Positions 11,011 through 25,527 are shown, counted from the whole stretch's first letter. The stretch: 63,522 bases of DNA, filler included, from Octopus bimaculoides (GCF_001194135.2; 12 parts of 12 records of this genome joined end to end with filler, not necessarily neighbours in it); one strand, 5' to 3'. Numbers and translations are program-made. The notes: a model not told the origin generated them from the letters alone.

Positions 11011-13336
11011 AATTCTAGCAAGAGGTTTAAAGTTTACACCAACCCCTCGCAGATCGAACCTGAATGAAATTAAGGATAACACTATGGATTTTTGTCACAA
11101 ATTACGCCTCACAGAAGCACTCTACAACTACACCAACGAAGATAACTCAAAAGTAAAAAAACAAAAGCTAATATTGTCCTACAAGAGAGAAATAAAGCAC
11201 TTGATTTTTGTGAACACATTACCAATTTTCATTTCAATACCCTACAAAAACAAGGAATTAAATCCAACCTCAACACAAATGAGTGGAAAAACCTAATCGA
11301 GTTAAAAAATGATATAAATCTGACCATTAAAGAAGCCGATAAAGGAAGTGCGATAGTAGTGATGGACACAGAGTACTATAAAAATTCAATACTCTCCATG
11401 TTGGAAAACAATATTTACTATGAGAAGATAGTACAATACAACCCACAGAGGACATTTAAAAATTTATCCTCCTTACTTCAAATGCATGGAAAGGGACTCA
11501 CTACAAAAGAAATTGACTATTTATCCAATTTTAAATACAGACCAAGTCTATTCTACGGATTACCTAAAATACACAAAAATCTACATATTTCTAAAGCTTG
11601 CAAAGCCTATACATTAATGTTCCTCCACCTATTGACCTCAAACTAAGACCCATTATTGCTGGCCCTGCTTGTGAAATTCACCGTTTGAGCAATTTCCTCG
11701 ACATTTTACTCAAATCGTTTCTAAAATATGTGAAAAGCTTCATCAGGGATGACTTAGACATGCTTAACCACCTCCCGAAGAGAATAAATGAAGGAACCCT
11801 GTTTATATCATTCGATGTGGTGAACCTGTACACCGATATCCCACATGATTATGACATAGAAGCGATCATCTTCTGGCTAGAAAAATACCCAGAAGAGATC
11901 CCAGGGCGCATCAACTACAGATTCATAATTGCAACACTAAAATTCATCCTACTCAACAACTATTTTTTGTTCACTACAGTCTACTATCGGCAAAAATGTG
12001 GAATTGCGATGGGAACCCGAGCTGCCCCAGTGATCGCGAACCTTGTAATGGGTTAACTAGAAGTTAAAATATACCAATTATCACTACAAAAATATGGCAC
12101 CTCATTTCATTGCTATTTAAAGGAGAACTGGAAAAGGTATTTAAATGATTGCTTTATACTTTGGAAAGATAGCATGGACAAACTCCTTGATTTAAAAATA
12201 ATGCTCAACAATATCAATAGCAGCATACAATTCACCATGGAACACAGCAATAAACAACTCCCTTTTCTTGACATCCTAATTAAAATAGTCAATAGCCACA
12301 TCGAAACAGACATCTTCTATAAACCCACAGATTCAAAACAATACCTATTATTTAACTCATGCCACCCTAAAAATAAAAATTTTAATATATCTTATAATCT
12401 AACGAAAAGAATCTGTACCATAGTTTCGGACACTGATACTCGTGAACGAAGACTCCTTGAACTATGATCAATACTAATCAAGAGACATTACCCAACATCA
12501 TTAATAAATGATGGGATTAAACGAGCAAAGGAAATAGACATACGAACATTAAAAGAAATCAACCGAAATACTACACCACACTTACAAATACTCCCATACA
12601 TCTCTACACATTACCCTAGAAACAACGAAGTCTTCAACATTATCACTCAAAATCTACCCATTCTCACAGGAGATAAAACAATGAACAAAATTTTAGGCTC
12701 ACACAAAATTATCAAGAGCAAAATACAACCGAATCATTGAAAAAAATATTAACCAACGCAAGACTCTATCCATTAACAACGGAAGCAAAAGTGAAAAAAT
12801 GCAGTCGGCCTAACTGTGACACCCACATTTTGGAGGGTACAGACTTCCACTTTAAACAAGATGAAATATTTAAATCACATTTCACCTGTGCCTCGGTAAA
12901 CATAATCTGTGCCATTACTTGCTTAGGGTGCGTAATCAATATATTGGCCAAACAGGGATATCACTCTGTCGAAGAACTACTCTTCACAAAGAACAAATCA
13001 GCCACCCACAATACAGACAGATACAGGTCAATGAACACATAGATAGGTGTGCTAGGAACCTTAATCCTAATTTCCTAATTTTCCCCTTCTATCAATGTTC
13101 ACAGAACACCTCAGTACAGAAAAGAATGGATAAAGAAGCAACGTTCATCAATAAATATCATCCAATCATCCACAACTTAACATGAACACAACATAATACA
13201 GAATACTACTAACCATACCAATAATGCCACTGACACTTATACATTCCTTATACCATTCATATTACAGTATTATATCGACCTTAATCGCACCACGTCCAGA
13301 ACTACTTACCTCCCTTACACAATCTTTTTACTCAGG
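11011..13336 (+). mobile_element. Near full-length decayed Penelope-like element (RT + thumb + GIY-YIG)
   Basis: YGLPKIHK, LRPII, SFDVVNLYT.IP, GIAMGT..AP..ANL.MG, WKRYLNDCF (YxDD degenerate), LPFLD, YKPTD..QYL.F.SCHP, KKC.RP.C, YIGQT..L.RR..LH; frameshifted. Confidence 0.92.
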
Positions 13337-13436
13337 NNNNNNNNNNNNNNNNNNNNNNNNNNNNNNNNNNNNNNNNNNNNTTAATTAATTAANNNNNNNN
13401 NNNNNNNNNNNNNNNNNNNNNNNNNNNNNNNNNNNN

Positions 13437-13486
<50 letters not shown>

Positions 13487-13677
13487 GTACACATATGCGC
13501 ATTTAAACCTACAGACATACATTTGTATGTGTATTTGTGTGTGTGCGTATATGTATGCATATATACACATACATGACAGAAGTAAATAGACACCACATAA
13601 AACATCGTTTTATGTTCATTTTAACTTGAAATGGTTTATATTTTTTATTAATTGACATATTTATGTTTTAGGTTCTA

Positions 13678-14670
13678 TATGTGACTTACAAAAGAACGCT
13701 TGGAATTGTCCGAATTTCAGAGATATCGAATTGTGGGTCAGTCGGAAGATGGACCTAATCAGTTTGAAATCGCAGAAAACCTTGGATTCCCACTTTCTAC
13801 AGTTAATAGAGTGTTTATGCAATTAACCAGAGAGGGCAAGGAGTTCATATCACCTTGCCCAGGTCGACCTGGGCCCTCTGACAGGAACCTTCACTTTACT
13901 AAGAGAAGTGTGGAGGTATAATCCTCGTTGTAAGGCCTCTGACATAGCAGAATAAGTTGATGTCAGTCCTAGAACAGCTGTCAGGAATCTCCACAAACTT
14001 GGTTACTATGGCAGAGCAGCAAGAAGAAAGCCACTTCTTCGACCAGCCGACATCAAGCTGAAAAAGATTGGGTCAGTGACATGGAAGAGAGGCTACTACC
14101 ATTGGAACACTGTCATATTCTCTGATGAGTCCAAAATTGCTGTATTTCCTGACACTGGTTGAGTGTGAGTCTAGAGACACTGTGATCAAGAATTTGACGA
14201 GAAAACAGTACAGCCAACAATGAACACGGCGGCTATTCTGTGATGGTCTGTGGAGCAGTTTAGTCGATCAGAGCTGGTGGAGTGTGAGGGAAACATAAAC
14301 TCGGATAAATATGTATCCATATTGTTGAAAGGACTGCTTCCAATCTTCTCCAATGGTGAAGACTATTTATGAAAGATGGGGTTTCTTGTCACAGAGCTAA
14401 AAAGACTCAAGATTGGTTGGAAGAGAATGGCATTAAAAAGCTTCCATGGCCAAGCCAGTCACCAGATATAAACCCTTTTGGACACATCTGGGTCATAAGA
14501 AACAGAACACTTCATAAAAAGAGCAACAATACATACTCAAAGCCAGATCTTTTGAGATTTCTGCATGAAACTTCGCAAGAAATTCCTTAAGAGAATATTC
14601 ATCTGATCAGTAGCATGCCTAGTAGGATCCTTGCTATGAAAAATTTAAGGGTCATGTCTATCAAATATTA
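13678..14670 (+). mobile_element. Decayed Tc1-family transposase (DD34E type)
   Basis: HTH ([15 protein letters not shown]), ARRKPLL, VIFSDESK, KDG...H...T..WL, WPSQSPDINP.GHIW; several stops. TIRs not identified. Confidence 0.9.
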
Positions 14671-14686
14671 GATATTGACATTATAA

Positions 14687-15122
14687 TCTATATATAATCT
14701 ATATATAAACGGCTCAACCAAATCAAATCAAATTTTACATGGTAATACTATGAAACACCACGAGTGTCAACGTGTAATGTTTTTTTTTAATTAAAACAAT
14801 GCAATATTGGCACTGGTTCCATATTACATCTCAAAACTCGAAGAATAAAAGTGAAACCTTCGACAGAGTAACAGTTATAATAGTTTTACTTTTATATTGT
14901 TTCCCTTTTAATAGTTTCACTTTTATTCTTTCAGTTTTATTTAATATTTTTGCGTCCCTAAATACGCCAATAGAATAAGTACTAGGTTTACAAAGAATAA
15001 ATCCTGGGGTGAATTTCTTCGACTAAAGGCGGTACTCCAGCATGGCTGCAGTCACATAACTGAAACAAGTAAAACAATTAAAAATAATAATAATCCCGAG
15101 CTACGCCGGGTATCTTTGCTAG
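14687..15122 (+). mobile_element. Non-autonomous Helitron-like element containing a SINE fragment
   Basis: A|TCTATATATAA 5' end; 3' hairpin CCCGAGCTACGCCGGG (15095-15110) then CTAG (15119-15122). The 3' flank is C, not the expected T. Confidence 0.55.
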
Positions 15123-16626
15123 CAAGTAATAAATAATTGGAATGTATAATTTCAGATTTGAGTTAATTTTAACTAGTATAATGGTGTTAATTTACTTCTG
15201 TCATGTCTTTGTGTGTGTGTTACATACGTGTGTGTCTGTTTGTGTGTGTGTACGTACATATATGTATGTGTGTGTATGCATATTTGTATACATATGTATA
15301 TGTATATACATGTGTGTGTGTGTGTGTGCATGTATAATGAATGCACAAAAACAAACATATATACACATATATCATGTGCGTATGTGTGTGTATGCGTACG
15401 TTTAAGCATATATGTATGTGTGTGTGTGTGCGTATGTGTGTACAAATATTTGCGTATATATATATGTGTGTGTGTGTATATTTATAATGAATGCATAAAA
15501 AGAAACACATAAACATGTGTGCATATGTGTGCGCCTGTGTGTGTCTGTGCGCACGCATGTGTGTGTCTATAGGTGTATGTGTGGACATTCTCTCTTACTG
15601 GTTGCATTTCCAGTGTTTACTTTACCCAATCGCCTGACCTGAAGTCCGCCCAGTTTAAAGGTTTACATAGAATAGAATCTCAAAATAAGACACTATTTGG
15701 CTCACTCTAAACGTTCTTAGAATAACCAATTAACATTTAAATTTTAAGAGGGTGATAAAATTTTAAGAGACTTTTATTGCACCAAATAAAATACACGTGA
15801 GCATTCAATAAAATGCATAGATGTAAATATAAATGGAAAGTGGAAAATAAATACATAAATATACGAATAATTTCTTAAATGCAGCCAGACTTATACATGA
15901 GACGGTAATATAAGCTCCTCGTTATCGTGTGAGATTTCAGAAATAGTACGCAAATTTTCCTCAAATTGCAATTTGCTGTCTTAAATAAATAAAAAATTAC
16001 ATCTGAATAATTTAGTACTAAACTTACTCCTAAAGAGACGGAATGCTTCCGAAGAGACCTGTGTGTCTACGATCTTGAATTGCGTGGATTATTCATATAA
16101 AGAAAAAGTTGGTTTCCAAGCCGCAAAACAAATATCCATCAAAGACAAAATTCAGATAAGAATAACAGTTCATTTTAAAAGCTATATTTTAAAAATGTCT
16201 TGAATATGCTTATTGTTCTTCTTATAGAATGTGTTTACAGCTTGATGGATGGATGGTTGAATGGGTGGGGAAGATGGAGGAATGGATGTACATGTACATA
16301 TGTATATGTATATATATANNNNNNNNNNNNNNNNNNNNNNNNNNNNNNNNNNNNNNNNNNNNTTAATTAATTAANNNNNNNNNNNNNNNNNNNNNNNNNN
16401 NNNNNNNNNNNNNNNNNNTCTATGTTTGTCCTTTAATCTTATTGTCACGTGTCTGTTGAAATATTTCGTCTTAATCTCTTATTATTTCAAATATGTCACA
16501 TTCAAATCCAAACACCTCCATTTCTGTCACCAACCGATCAATAAAACCGACAATAAATCCGCGAATTCGTTGCAATATAATGGTTTCTAAAAGTATAACC
16601 ACATTAGCCATATCTGTAAATTATAA

Positions 16627-16910
16627 AGGCGGCGAGCGGGCAGAACCGTTAGCACACCGGGCGAAATGATTAGCTGTATTTCGCCCGCCGTTACGTTCTG
16701 AGTTCAAATTCCGCTGAGGTCGACTTTGCCTTTCATCCTTTCGGGGTCGATTAAGTAAGTACCAGTAACGTACTGGGGTCAATGTAACCCCTTTGTCTGT
16801 CCTTGTTTGTCCCCTTTGTCTGTCCTTGTTTGTCCCCTCTTTGTCTGTCCTTGTTTGTCCCCTCTTTGTCTGTCCTTGTTTGTCCCCTGTGGGCAATAAA
16901 GAAATAAATA
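16627..16910 (+). mobile_element. SINE (GGCGGCGAG family) with internal 23-25-bp tandem repeat x4 (TTTGTCTGTCCTTGTTTGTCCCC) at about 16792-16888
   Basis: Head and body motifs well preserved; tandem unit directly visible. Confidence 0.8.
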
Positions 16911-17029
16911 TATCCGTAAATTATATATCTATATATGTGTATATATATATTTGCGTGTGTACCAATTTATGAATGTATATATGTGTGTGTGTGTGTGAGT
17001 ATGTGTGCTTGTGTGTACATGTGTGCATG

Positions 17030-17373
<344 letters not shown>

Positions 17374-17582
17374 TATAGGATTGAGGTGACTCCTCCAGAA
17401 AGTATAGAAGCAAAAAAAAAACAAAAAAAAGAAGAGTGCTATTGCTTCTATACTTTCTCAATCCTATAAATATTACCAAAATGAAGTTGATTGACAGGTT
17501 TATTTTTTGAACCTGTGGAAGATACACGAGGTGTCGAAATATCGTTCAGTTGATAAGAATAGCACTCTTCTTTTCTTGTTGC

Positions 17583-17677
<95 letters not shown>

Positions 17678-18747
17678 TTTGAAAGTGGTGGAGATTGGCA
17701 GAACCATTAGAGCGTCAGAAAAAAGTCTTTTCGCAATCATTTTGGCTCATTACTGAACTCGGAACCATGGGGTTCGCCGACGTCAATTTTGTCTTTCGCC
17801 ATTTCAAGGTCACTGAAATAAATTAAAACTCAAATACTTTGGTCGAGAAAGAAAGAAAGAAAGAAAGAAAGAAGTGCTAGAATCGTTAGCACTCCAGTCA
17901 AAATGATTAGCAGCATTTCATTTGTCTTTACCTCTCAAAGGATTTCTAGTTTTGTGCCCCACGTACAGCATACGAAATGACCGGTCTATAGGTAGTTTTA
18001 TTGTCTCTCTGGTGCCAAACCATCTAAGTCTCAAGCACTCTCTATATCTCTTCCAATAGTAATAACAATCATTTCTATTATAGGCACAAGGCGTGAAATT
18101 TTGGTGAGGAGGCGGTTAGTCGATTATATCGACCCCAGTGTTTCACTGGTACTCAATTTATCGAGGATTAAAAGCAAAGTCGAACGGGGCGGCATTTTAA
18201 TAATAATAATAATAATAATCTTATAGGAAATACTGTATCTATTTGTGTGTATGTGTTGATGGATAGAACCAAACACTTTTGGAGAAAATACAGCCTAACA
18301 CCGATACCTGTCTGTTGACTGTTGCTTTATTTATCAGCTATATCAAACCATATGTTACCTGCTGTATGATGGCATTCTTTGTTTGTTTTCAAACTTGCGT
18401 TTTTATATTTCATACATATTTTTCCTCTATCTTTATCTGTAAATTCTATCTATTGAATCCATCGCTCTCTCTTCCTCCAGTGATGTTATCTTTTCCTTTG
18501 GTTATAGTTATCTAATACTTCTGTAGATTTATTGTCTGTTTTCATTGTTGACTCTTCCCGTACCGCTTCCCTTTCCATTAACCAACCAACCAACCAACCG
18601 ACCGACCAGCCAACAGGCTAACCAGCTAACCACCAAACAGTTAGTCAGCTAGACATGGATTACAAAAACTTCATATTTTTAACACAACGAAAAGTGATAA
18701 ATTTTCTGATGGCACCATGAGGTCTAGCTGTTGCGGTGATGACGAAT

Positions 18748-18863
18748 TAACCAGTTCCGTTGGTTAACCAAAGAAATAGATAAATATATACATGTATATA
18801 TATATATTTATATATATATATATATATATATTCTGTTCTTTGGTTAACCAACGGAACTGGTTA
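18748..18863. repeat. Perfect 28-bp inverted repeat around a (TA)n-rich spacer (MITE-like)
   Basis: TAACCAGTTCCGTTGGTTAACCAAAGAA (18748-18775) and its exact reverse complement (18836-18863). Confidence 0.85.
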
Positions 18864-19096
18864 CTATATNNNNNNNNNNNNNNNNNNNNNNNNNNNNNNN
18901 NNNNNNNNNNNNNNNNNNNNNNNNNNNNNNNNNNNNNNNNNNNNNNNNNNNNNNNNNNNNNNNNNNNNNNNNNNNNNNNNNNNNNNNNNNNNNNNNNNNN
19001 NNNNNNNNNATATAAATATATATATATATATATAAAGTTTCTCTCTATTACAGTTCCGTCACTATCTTATGGGAAAAAAAGTACAAAACAAAAGCG

Positions 19097-19130
<34 letters not shown>

Positions 19131-20014
19131 GAGAAAGAACTGGTAAGTGGTTAGCACTCCGGGCACAATGGTTATCGGTATTTCATCTGTCTTTACGTTC
19201 TGAGCTCAAATACCGTTAGGGTCGACTTTGCTTTTCATCCTTATGGATTGGATAAAGCAAACATCAGTTCAACACTGGGGTTGATGAAATCGACTAAAAC
19301 CGTACCCCCTCCTCAAGGAAACTCAAATATGTCTACGTGTCTTCCTCTACAATTGAGTGCCTGCCTGCCACTGGTAACATGAAGCCCAGTACAAATTGTT
19401 GAATGTCCCACCCGTCGGCGACTGTAGCAGCACCCGCGTTGAGACAACGTCGAGCCGCTCAGTAATTTACCAAACGTTTGTGTCAACTGGGAAATGCATC
19501 AGAACAGCTTCAGAATTACAAATAAAATGAGTCTACGCAAAATCATTGCACAACAGAATCACAGCAAAATGCTGACATATTCCGCTCGAAATTTTCCGTT
19601 TTTCTCTATTTTATTATTATCTTATCTAACCTGGAGACTCAAAAACCTTTTAACAACATTGCAACATATATACATACCTATATATATATTATATGTATAT
19701 ATTTATGTATGTATATATATATATATACACATACATACATATATATATAATTATATATACACACACAAATATATACGTATATTTACCTATATATAGATAT
19801 ACGCATATATGTGTATTTAAATATATATACATATATATATATATATACATACATATATACATATATATGTATATGTATATGGATACATATGTATACATAT
19901 GCATACACACAGGTTATTTTCTACGCAATTTGCGATATTGCGCTATATATGTGTATATATATGTATGTGTGCATGTATGTACATATATACATACATATAC
20001 ATATAAATGTTTAC

Positions 20015-20052
<38 letters not shown>

Positions 20053-20085
20053 NNNNNNNNNNNNNNNNNNNNNNNNNNNNNNNNN

Positions 20086-20162
<77 letters not shown>

Positions 20163-20683
20163 TAGTCTTGTACGCAATTTGCGATATTGCGCTACAGAGC
20201 TGGCGGTAATGATTCGTGACACATCAAAGTCACTCGAGGTGGCCATAGTTTATTGGTTGTCAGACGACTGTCGTTTCACAAAATGTCGGTCGGATTTATC
20301 ATAGAGTAGAATTGAGAAGGAGAACGGTTACTGTCTCTCTGTTTCTCTGTCTCTCAGTCAGGTTGCCTGTCTGACTGTCTATCTATGGCTTACTGGTATG
20401 CACATGTGTGTGTGTATGTGCGTGTATATCTATGTGTGTGTATGTGTGCTAATGACTTCATAGAGATGGAACCTGTTCTTTTGACTGGAAGATTCTACAG
20501 CTGCATTAACAGATTCTTCGAAACAAAACAGTCTGAGCGATAAACAAAATATCCACTTGATGCTACAAGCAGTGTTTTATATAAAGATTTATATAAAAAT
20601 ATCAATGGTACAAAAAAAATATTATAAAAAAAAAATAAAATAAAAATAAATATAGAGAAAAGAGGAAAAGAAAACGAAAGATT

Positions 20684-20730
20684 CAAAATGGCGTCTGCAC
20701 TACATGGTGAATGAGAAACAAAATGGCGGG
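20684..20730 (+). promoter_or_regulatory. Two YY1-like motifs (CAAAATGGCG) in a candidate promoter/start region
   Basis: CAAAATGGCGTC at about 20684 and CAAAATGGCGGG at about 20719. The AANATGGCG consensus near TSS/start codons is established; function here is inferred. Confidence 0.45.
20688..20706 (+). CDS. Candidate first coding exon MASALH(E)
   Basis: AAAATGG start context; donor ATG|gtgaat; phase 1 joins in frame to 20876. Confidence 0.45.
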
Positions 20731-20875
20731 ATAGAAAAAAGAAAATTAGGGCGTGATGTTATTTTAATTCACAACTGAACTAACTGCGGAGTTTTTCTCT
20801 GGCTAACATTATTTTTATTTATTTGTTTAGTAATTTATTTATTTTTATCTTTTCCAAAGACCTTTTTTTTTTCAG

Positions 20876-20912
20876 AAAATCAAGTAGAAAAAGATGAGAA
20901 CTGGAAGCAGTT
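20876..20912 (+). CDS. Candidate second exon (E)NQVEKDENWKQ(L/F), phase 1-2
   Basis: Acceptor cctttttttttttcag| and donor TT|gtatgt; open in the required frame. Confidence 0.45.
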
Positions 20913-21419
20913 GTATGTATTGTTAAGAAAATATCATCAACTCCTCCAAGTCATTCAGATTATTGCATGAAGTTTCCAAAAATCTTGTGTTAGTTTTGTA
21001 TTGTTTTGAGCTTTTTATTTAATTCATTATTTTTTTTTGGAGGGGGGGAGTTTCATGTATATTTTCTGTTCGTTTTTTTTTCTTTTTTAATTTTTGTATT
21101 TCAGTTTTTCTTTCTTCTTTTTTTTTTTTCTTAAATTTGTAAAGCGAAAATAAAGACCGAAATTTGTTAAGCATTCACAATTCGAAAAGAGAAACTATTC
21201 ATTATTTTATATCTGCATGAAAGTAGATTAATTAATTAACCATACATTAAAGCAGGTAAAATAAATTGCTTTGCAAGTTACAGTTTAGTAATTAATACAT
21301 AAGCAGGCGTTACGTGTTCAAATCCACATGGCTCGGATAAAATTTTATAGGGCACTTCGTTGTCAATAGACTTTCTAGAAATAGAAACCAAATCACCTGG
21401 ATCACTTGGATTGGCCAGA

Positions 21420-21740
21420 CTGTCTGGTACCGAGTTGGCTCCGCTGGCTTCAGCATTCGTTCCATTCCCCTCGTGCTCCTATCATTCTCCTCCAATTTTC
21501 TTAAATTATCTTTCCACCTCATTGACGGTCTTCCGAGTGGTTTCTTCTGCTCATGTGCGTACCACTCGACAGCTGCACAAGTCCACCGAACGTCTGTGAA
21601 ACTTGCGACATGACCAGCCCATCGTAGCTTTGCATCGTGGTATTCTGTGACAATATTCTTCACTCCAGTTCTATCCCTCATCTCCTCGTTCCGGATGTGA
21701 ACTCTTAGCGAGATTCCCAACCACTGACATTTCCATGGCT
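21420..21740 (-). mobile_element. RTE LINE 3' fragment
   Basis: IRNEEMRDRTGV...KLRWAGHVA....RWT....W......GRP..RW.D. Confidence 0.85.
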
Positions 21741-22019
21741 CTTTGCACCGTAAGCAAATGAGAAACCAAATATTCCTCTTAAATCGTACCTTAAGGTTAC
21801 AGTCTGTCTCGAGCCAAGAGATACATTAGACTGATGTTTCATTGGTTGAGAATGCGTGACACCCAACCCTAGAAAGAACGCTAGACAACTTCAAGGTTAA
21901 CCTCCAGCTAGTGATGGTGCTCATTTCAGCTGTGCAATCTGAAACAACGTGAAATGAAATACCTTGTTCAAGGATACAACGTGCCATCTTGTCCGAGAAC
22001 CGAACCCATATTTTCCTGT

Positions 22020-22915
22020 TAGTCTCCTTCACACAGCCACACAGAGACACACACACATATAGTCACACTATCGCCTGGACATGGTCACACACACACGCAC
22101 AAATTCACACGCGCACACTTATACACACACACACGTGCACACGCACGCACACACACACATACACAAACACAAACACATATAGCCACACACTACTACACAA
22201 ACACCTTGTCATTTCGCCATATCGACTTACAGTCAAAGCTGCGCAAACAATGTGTCACATAGATTTATTGTTACATCGACGCAGTCACCCATAGATACAC
22301 ACGTACATTTATACTCACACATACACACATACAGTCACATACGCAAATGCATAGACACGCACCGCTAAAAAAACACGCAGTGATAAACATCTCATCGCTG
22401 CAGTTACATTGTAACATAAACACTGAGTCGATTAGATTCACTGTTACACCAATGCTGTTACATAAGCAGTCACGCAATCACATGGTTGCACTCACAGAGT
22501 CACAAGTTAGTTACATGGTCACACGGTTATAAACACAGAGTCACAAAGTCATAGTCACACAATCACACTGTTACAGCTGTACAGTCACACAAGAACGCAT
22601 TCACACGGCTAGAAACACACAGTTACATGGTTACAATCACGCAGTCACAGTGTTACAGTCACATAGCTACAAAGTTACCATCACAATCATACGGTTACAG
22701 TCACAGAGTCTCATGCGTACTATCACGCCATCGCACGGTTACCCAGGCAATCATTCGATTACAGGCACGCAGTAAAAGTAACACAGTCGCTCGATCACTC
22801 TATAACAGTCACACACGATTACACATACACGCTCACAAATGAGAATACACGGTCACACGGTTAAACTCACGGTTACACTCACGGTTACACTCAGTTACAT
22901 CAGGCAGTCACACAG
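22020..22915. repeat. Degenerate CA-rich minisatellite (CACGGTTACA / CAGTCACA-like units)
   Basis: Directly visible repeated GTTACA/GTCACA words. Confidence 0.7.
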
Positions 22916-23334
22916 TCCAGACATTCAGTACATACCCTCAATGTCAAGATGACATTTTTCTCATATTTATTTTTAGATTCCCCCAACTTCCTCTTCAGTA
23001 TTTAAATTTCCTTAATCGGAAAAACCCTCGGTTTCTCTTTAAAGGTTTTTGCTCATCATTTACGTCAAGTTTCTAATAATTGCCAGGAATTCTTTTCCTC
23101 AGGAACCGCACGTTCTTACCAATTTAGGCGTTCACCAATAATCAGAAATATTTTTGTTTGTCTACGAGGTGTACTTCTCATATTTTGCACAAATGTTTAG
23201 AAAGATTTCCTCTTCCCAAAATATTTTTGTCGTTTTCCACTCCAAAATCATTATAAATACTTACGTATATACACACATTCACGCACACATATTTATACAG
23301 ACATATAAAATATAAATACAAACATAAATAGAGG

Positions 23335-23388
<54 letters not shown>

Positions 23389-23577
23389 AATATATAAACA
23401 CACACGCGCATATAAATAGTTGTATATATATATGTGTTTATAAATAAATATATNNNNNNNNNNNNNNNNNNNNNNNNNNNNNNNNNNNNNNNNNNNNNNN
23501 NNNNNNNNNNNNNNNNNNNNNNNNNNNNNNNNNNNNNNNNNNNNNNNNNNNNNNNNNNNNNNNNNNNNNNNNNNNNN

Positions 23578-23617
<40 letters not shown>

Positions 23618-24302
23618 TTTGTTATCTATATTCCTAGCGTTACTGTACTAATTGATCGCTTAGTTCATTTCTCTTCTGTTTTGTTTGTCTTTTGTTTGCT
23701 TTATTTTCTTTTCATTTTGTTATTATTTCTAATACTAGGAGATCTCTAACCTTGACTCTGCCCTCATGCTTCCGACATTTCCGTTTGGAATATCTCTGTA
23801 AAACAGAAAAATCCCCTTTCACACACCTACTCATCTCCTCTTTAAGTATCTTGTGGTCTTGCTTCGGATATTCTCATTAAAAAAAAATATATATTTTGCC
23901 ACAGTAAACATCCCTCCTCGTTGAGAATCCCCTTTTAAAATACCCATGTGATAGCGGACGTCCGTCTATGATGACAACAACATGTAAACATTATTTGGTT
24001 CTATAGCCAACCTCCCCAATGGAGTTTCCAATCAAAGACCAGACTTCAAATCCGCTAAATTCTGTGAACCTAATTCTAAGTTCTGGTACCATTCAGCAAG
24101 GCCCATGAGGGGATCAGCATTTCAGTATTTCCTACATAGCAAAGCACTTATTTCATTTAGGGTGACCTTTCTGCTAAATGAAAGCGCATGGCCCAGTCGT
24201 CACGTTGTTCGTGTCACGATTATGCAGTCGAAGGTTCAATCCCTGAAACCAGTGACACTTTGTTTCACATTGCACCATTCACTCACCTGGTTGCTGGTAC
24301 AA

Positions 24303-24402
<100 letters not shown>

Positions 24403-24597
24403 TTATTCTGTAGTACCTTGGATATGTTACTGGGTCAAGAGTTTGGTGGCAAACAAATGTATCTATGCTAGCTAGAACCACATAGGCACCAGCAAAAATT
24501 ACCGAAGACATAAAATGTGACTTTGTGGCCACTCTGTATACACGCGCACACAGGCACACACACATATATATGTGTGTATGTATATATATATATACAC

Positions 24598-24651
<54 letters not shown>

Positions 24652-24667
24652 NNNNNNNNNNNNNNNN

Positions 24668-24719
<52 letters not shown>

Positions 24720-25370
24720 ATACATGTACACTATACGTACGCACATATATCCGCATGTATGTGGCTGTATGTAAGAAGGAAATATATGTGTACGTATGTC
24801 TTTATGTACCTATGTGTATATTTATGTGTGCTTACATGTTATGTATGTATGTATGTATGTATGTATGTAGGACTGTGAGATATCACGGATGACCTCCCGG
24901 ATGTCTTTATGTCCAGCATTGATTCAGTATCATCGATCGCTGGTCATAGGACATCTCTTTCACCAACACCCGCACATTCAGCCTGGTCCTTCCCCATATT
25001 TTCAACACTGACCACAAGACGGATGACTGGAAAATGCTACGCTTCGACAATGATCAACCTGTATTTTATCCAAAGATATATATATGTATATATATATATA
25101 TATATATAAGTACATCTCCGTAATATATANNNNNNNNNNNNNNNNNNNNNNNNNNNNNNNNNNNNNNNNNNNNTTAATTAATTAANNNNNNNNNNNNNNN
25201 NNNNNNNNNNNNNNNNNNNNNNNNNNNNNAGAAACTCTGCCAAATCAGACTGGAGCCTGGTGTTGCCATCCGGTTTCACCAGTCCTCAGTCAAATCGTCC
25301 AACCCATGCTAGCATGGAAAGCGGACGTTAAACGATGATGATGATGATGATGATGATGATATATATATGA

Positions 25371-25527
25371 CAGGCTTCTTTCAGTTTCTGTCTACCAAAT
25401 CCACTTACAAGGCTTTGGTCGGCCCGAGGCTATAGTAGAGGACACTTGCCCAAGGTGCCACACAGTGGGAATGAACCCGGAACCATGTGGCTGGTAAGCA
25501 AGCTATTTACCACACAGCCACTACTGC
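25371..25527 (-). mobile_element. tRNA-headed SINE 5' part, preceded by an RTE 3' UTR fragment (about 25230-25345) ending in (GAT)n
   Basis: Reverse complement of the 46200 family head. Confidence 0.8.

Noticed and set aside
19375-19500. Protein-like minus-strand frames (DGWDIQQFVLGFMLPVAG; VLLQSPTGGTFNNLYW)
   Set aside because: All three frames are open because the patch is GC-rich; there is no matching acceptor/donor pair.
22978-23170. Plus-strand acceptor-like sites at about 22978 and 23102, and another at about 23738
   Set aside because: In the phase needed to continue the 20876-20912 exon they hit early stops or lack a donor.
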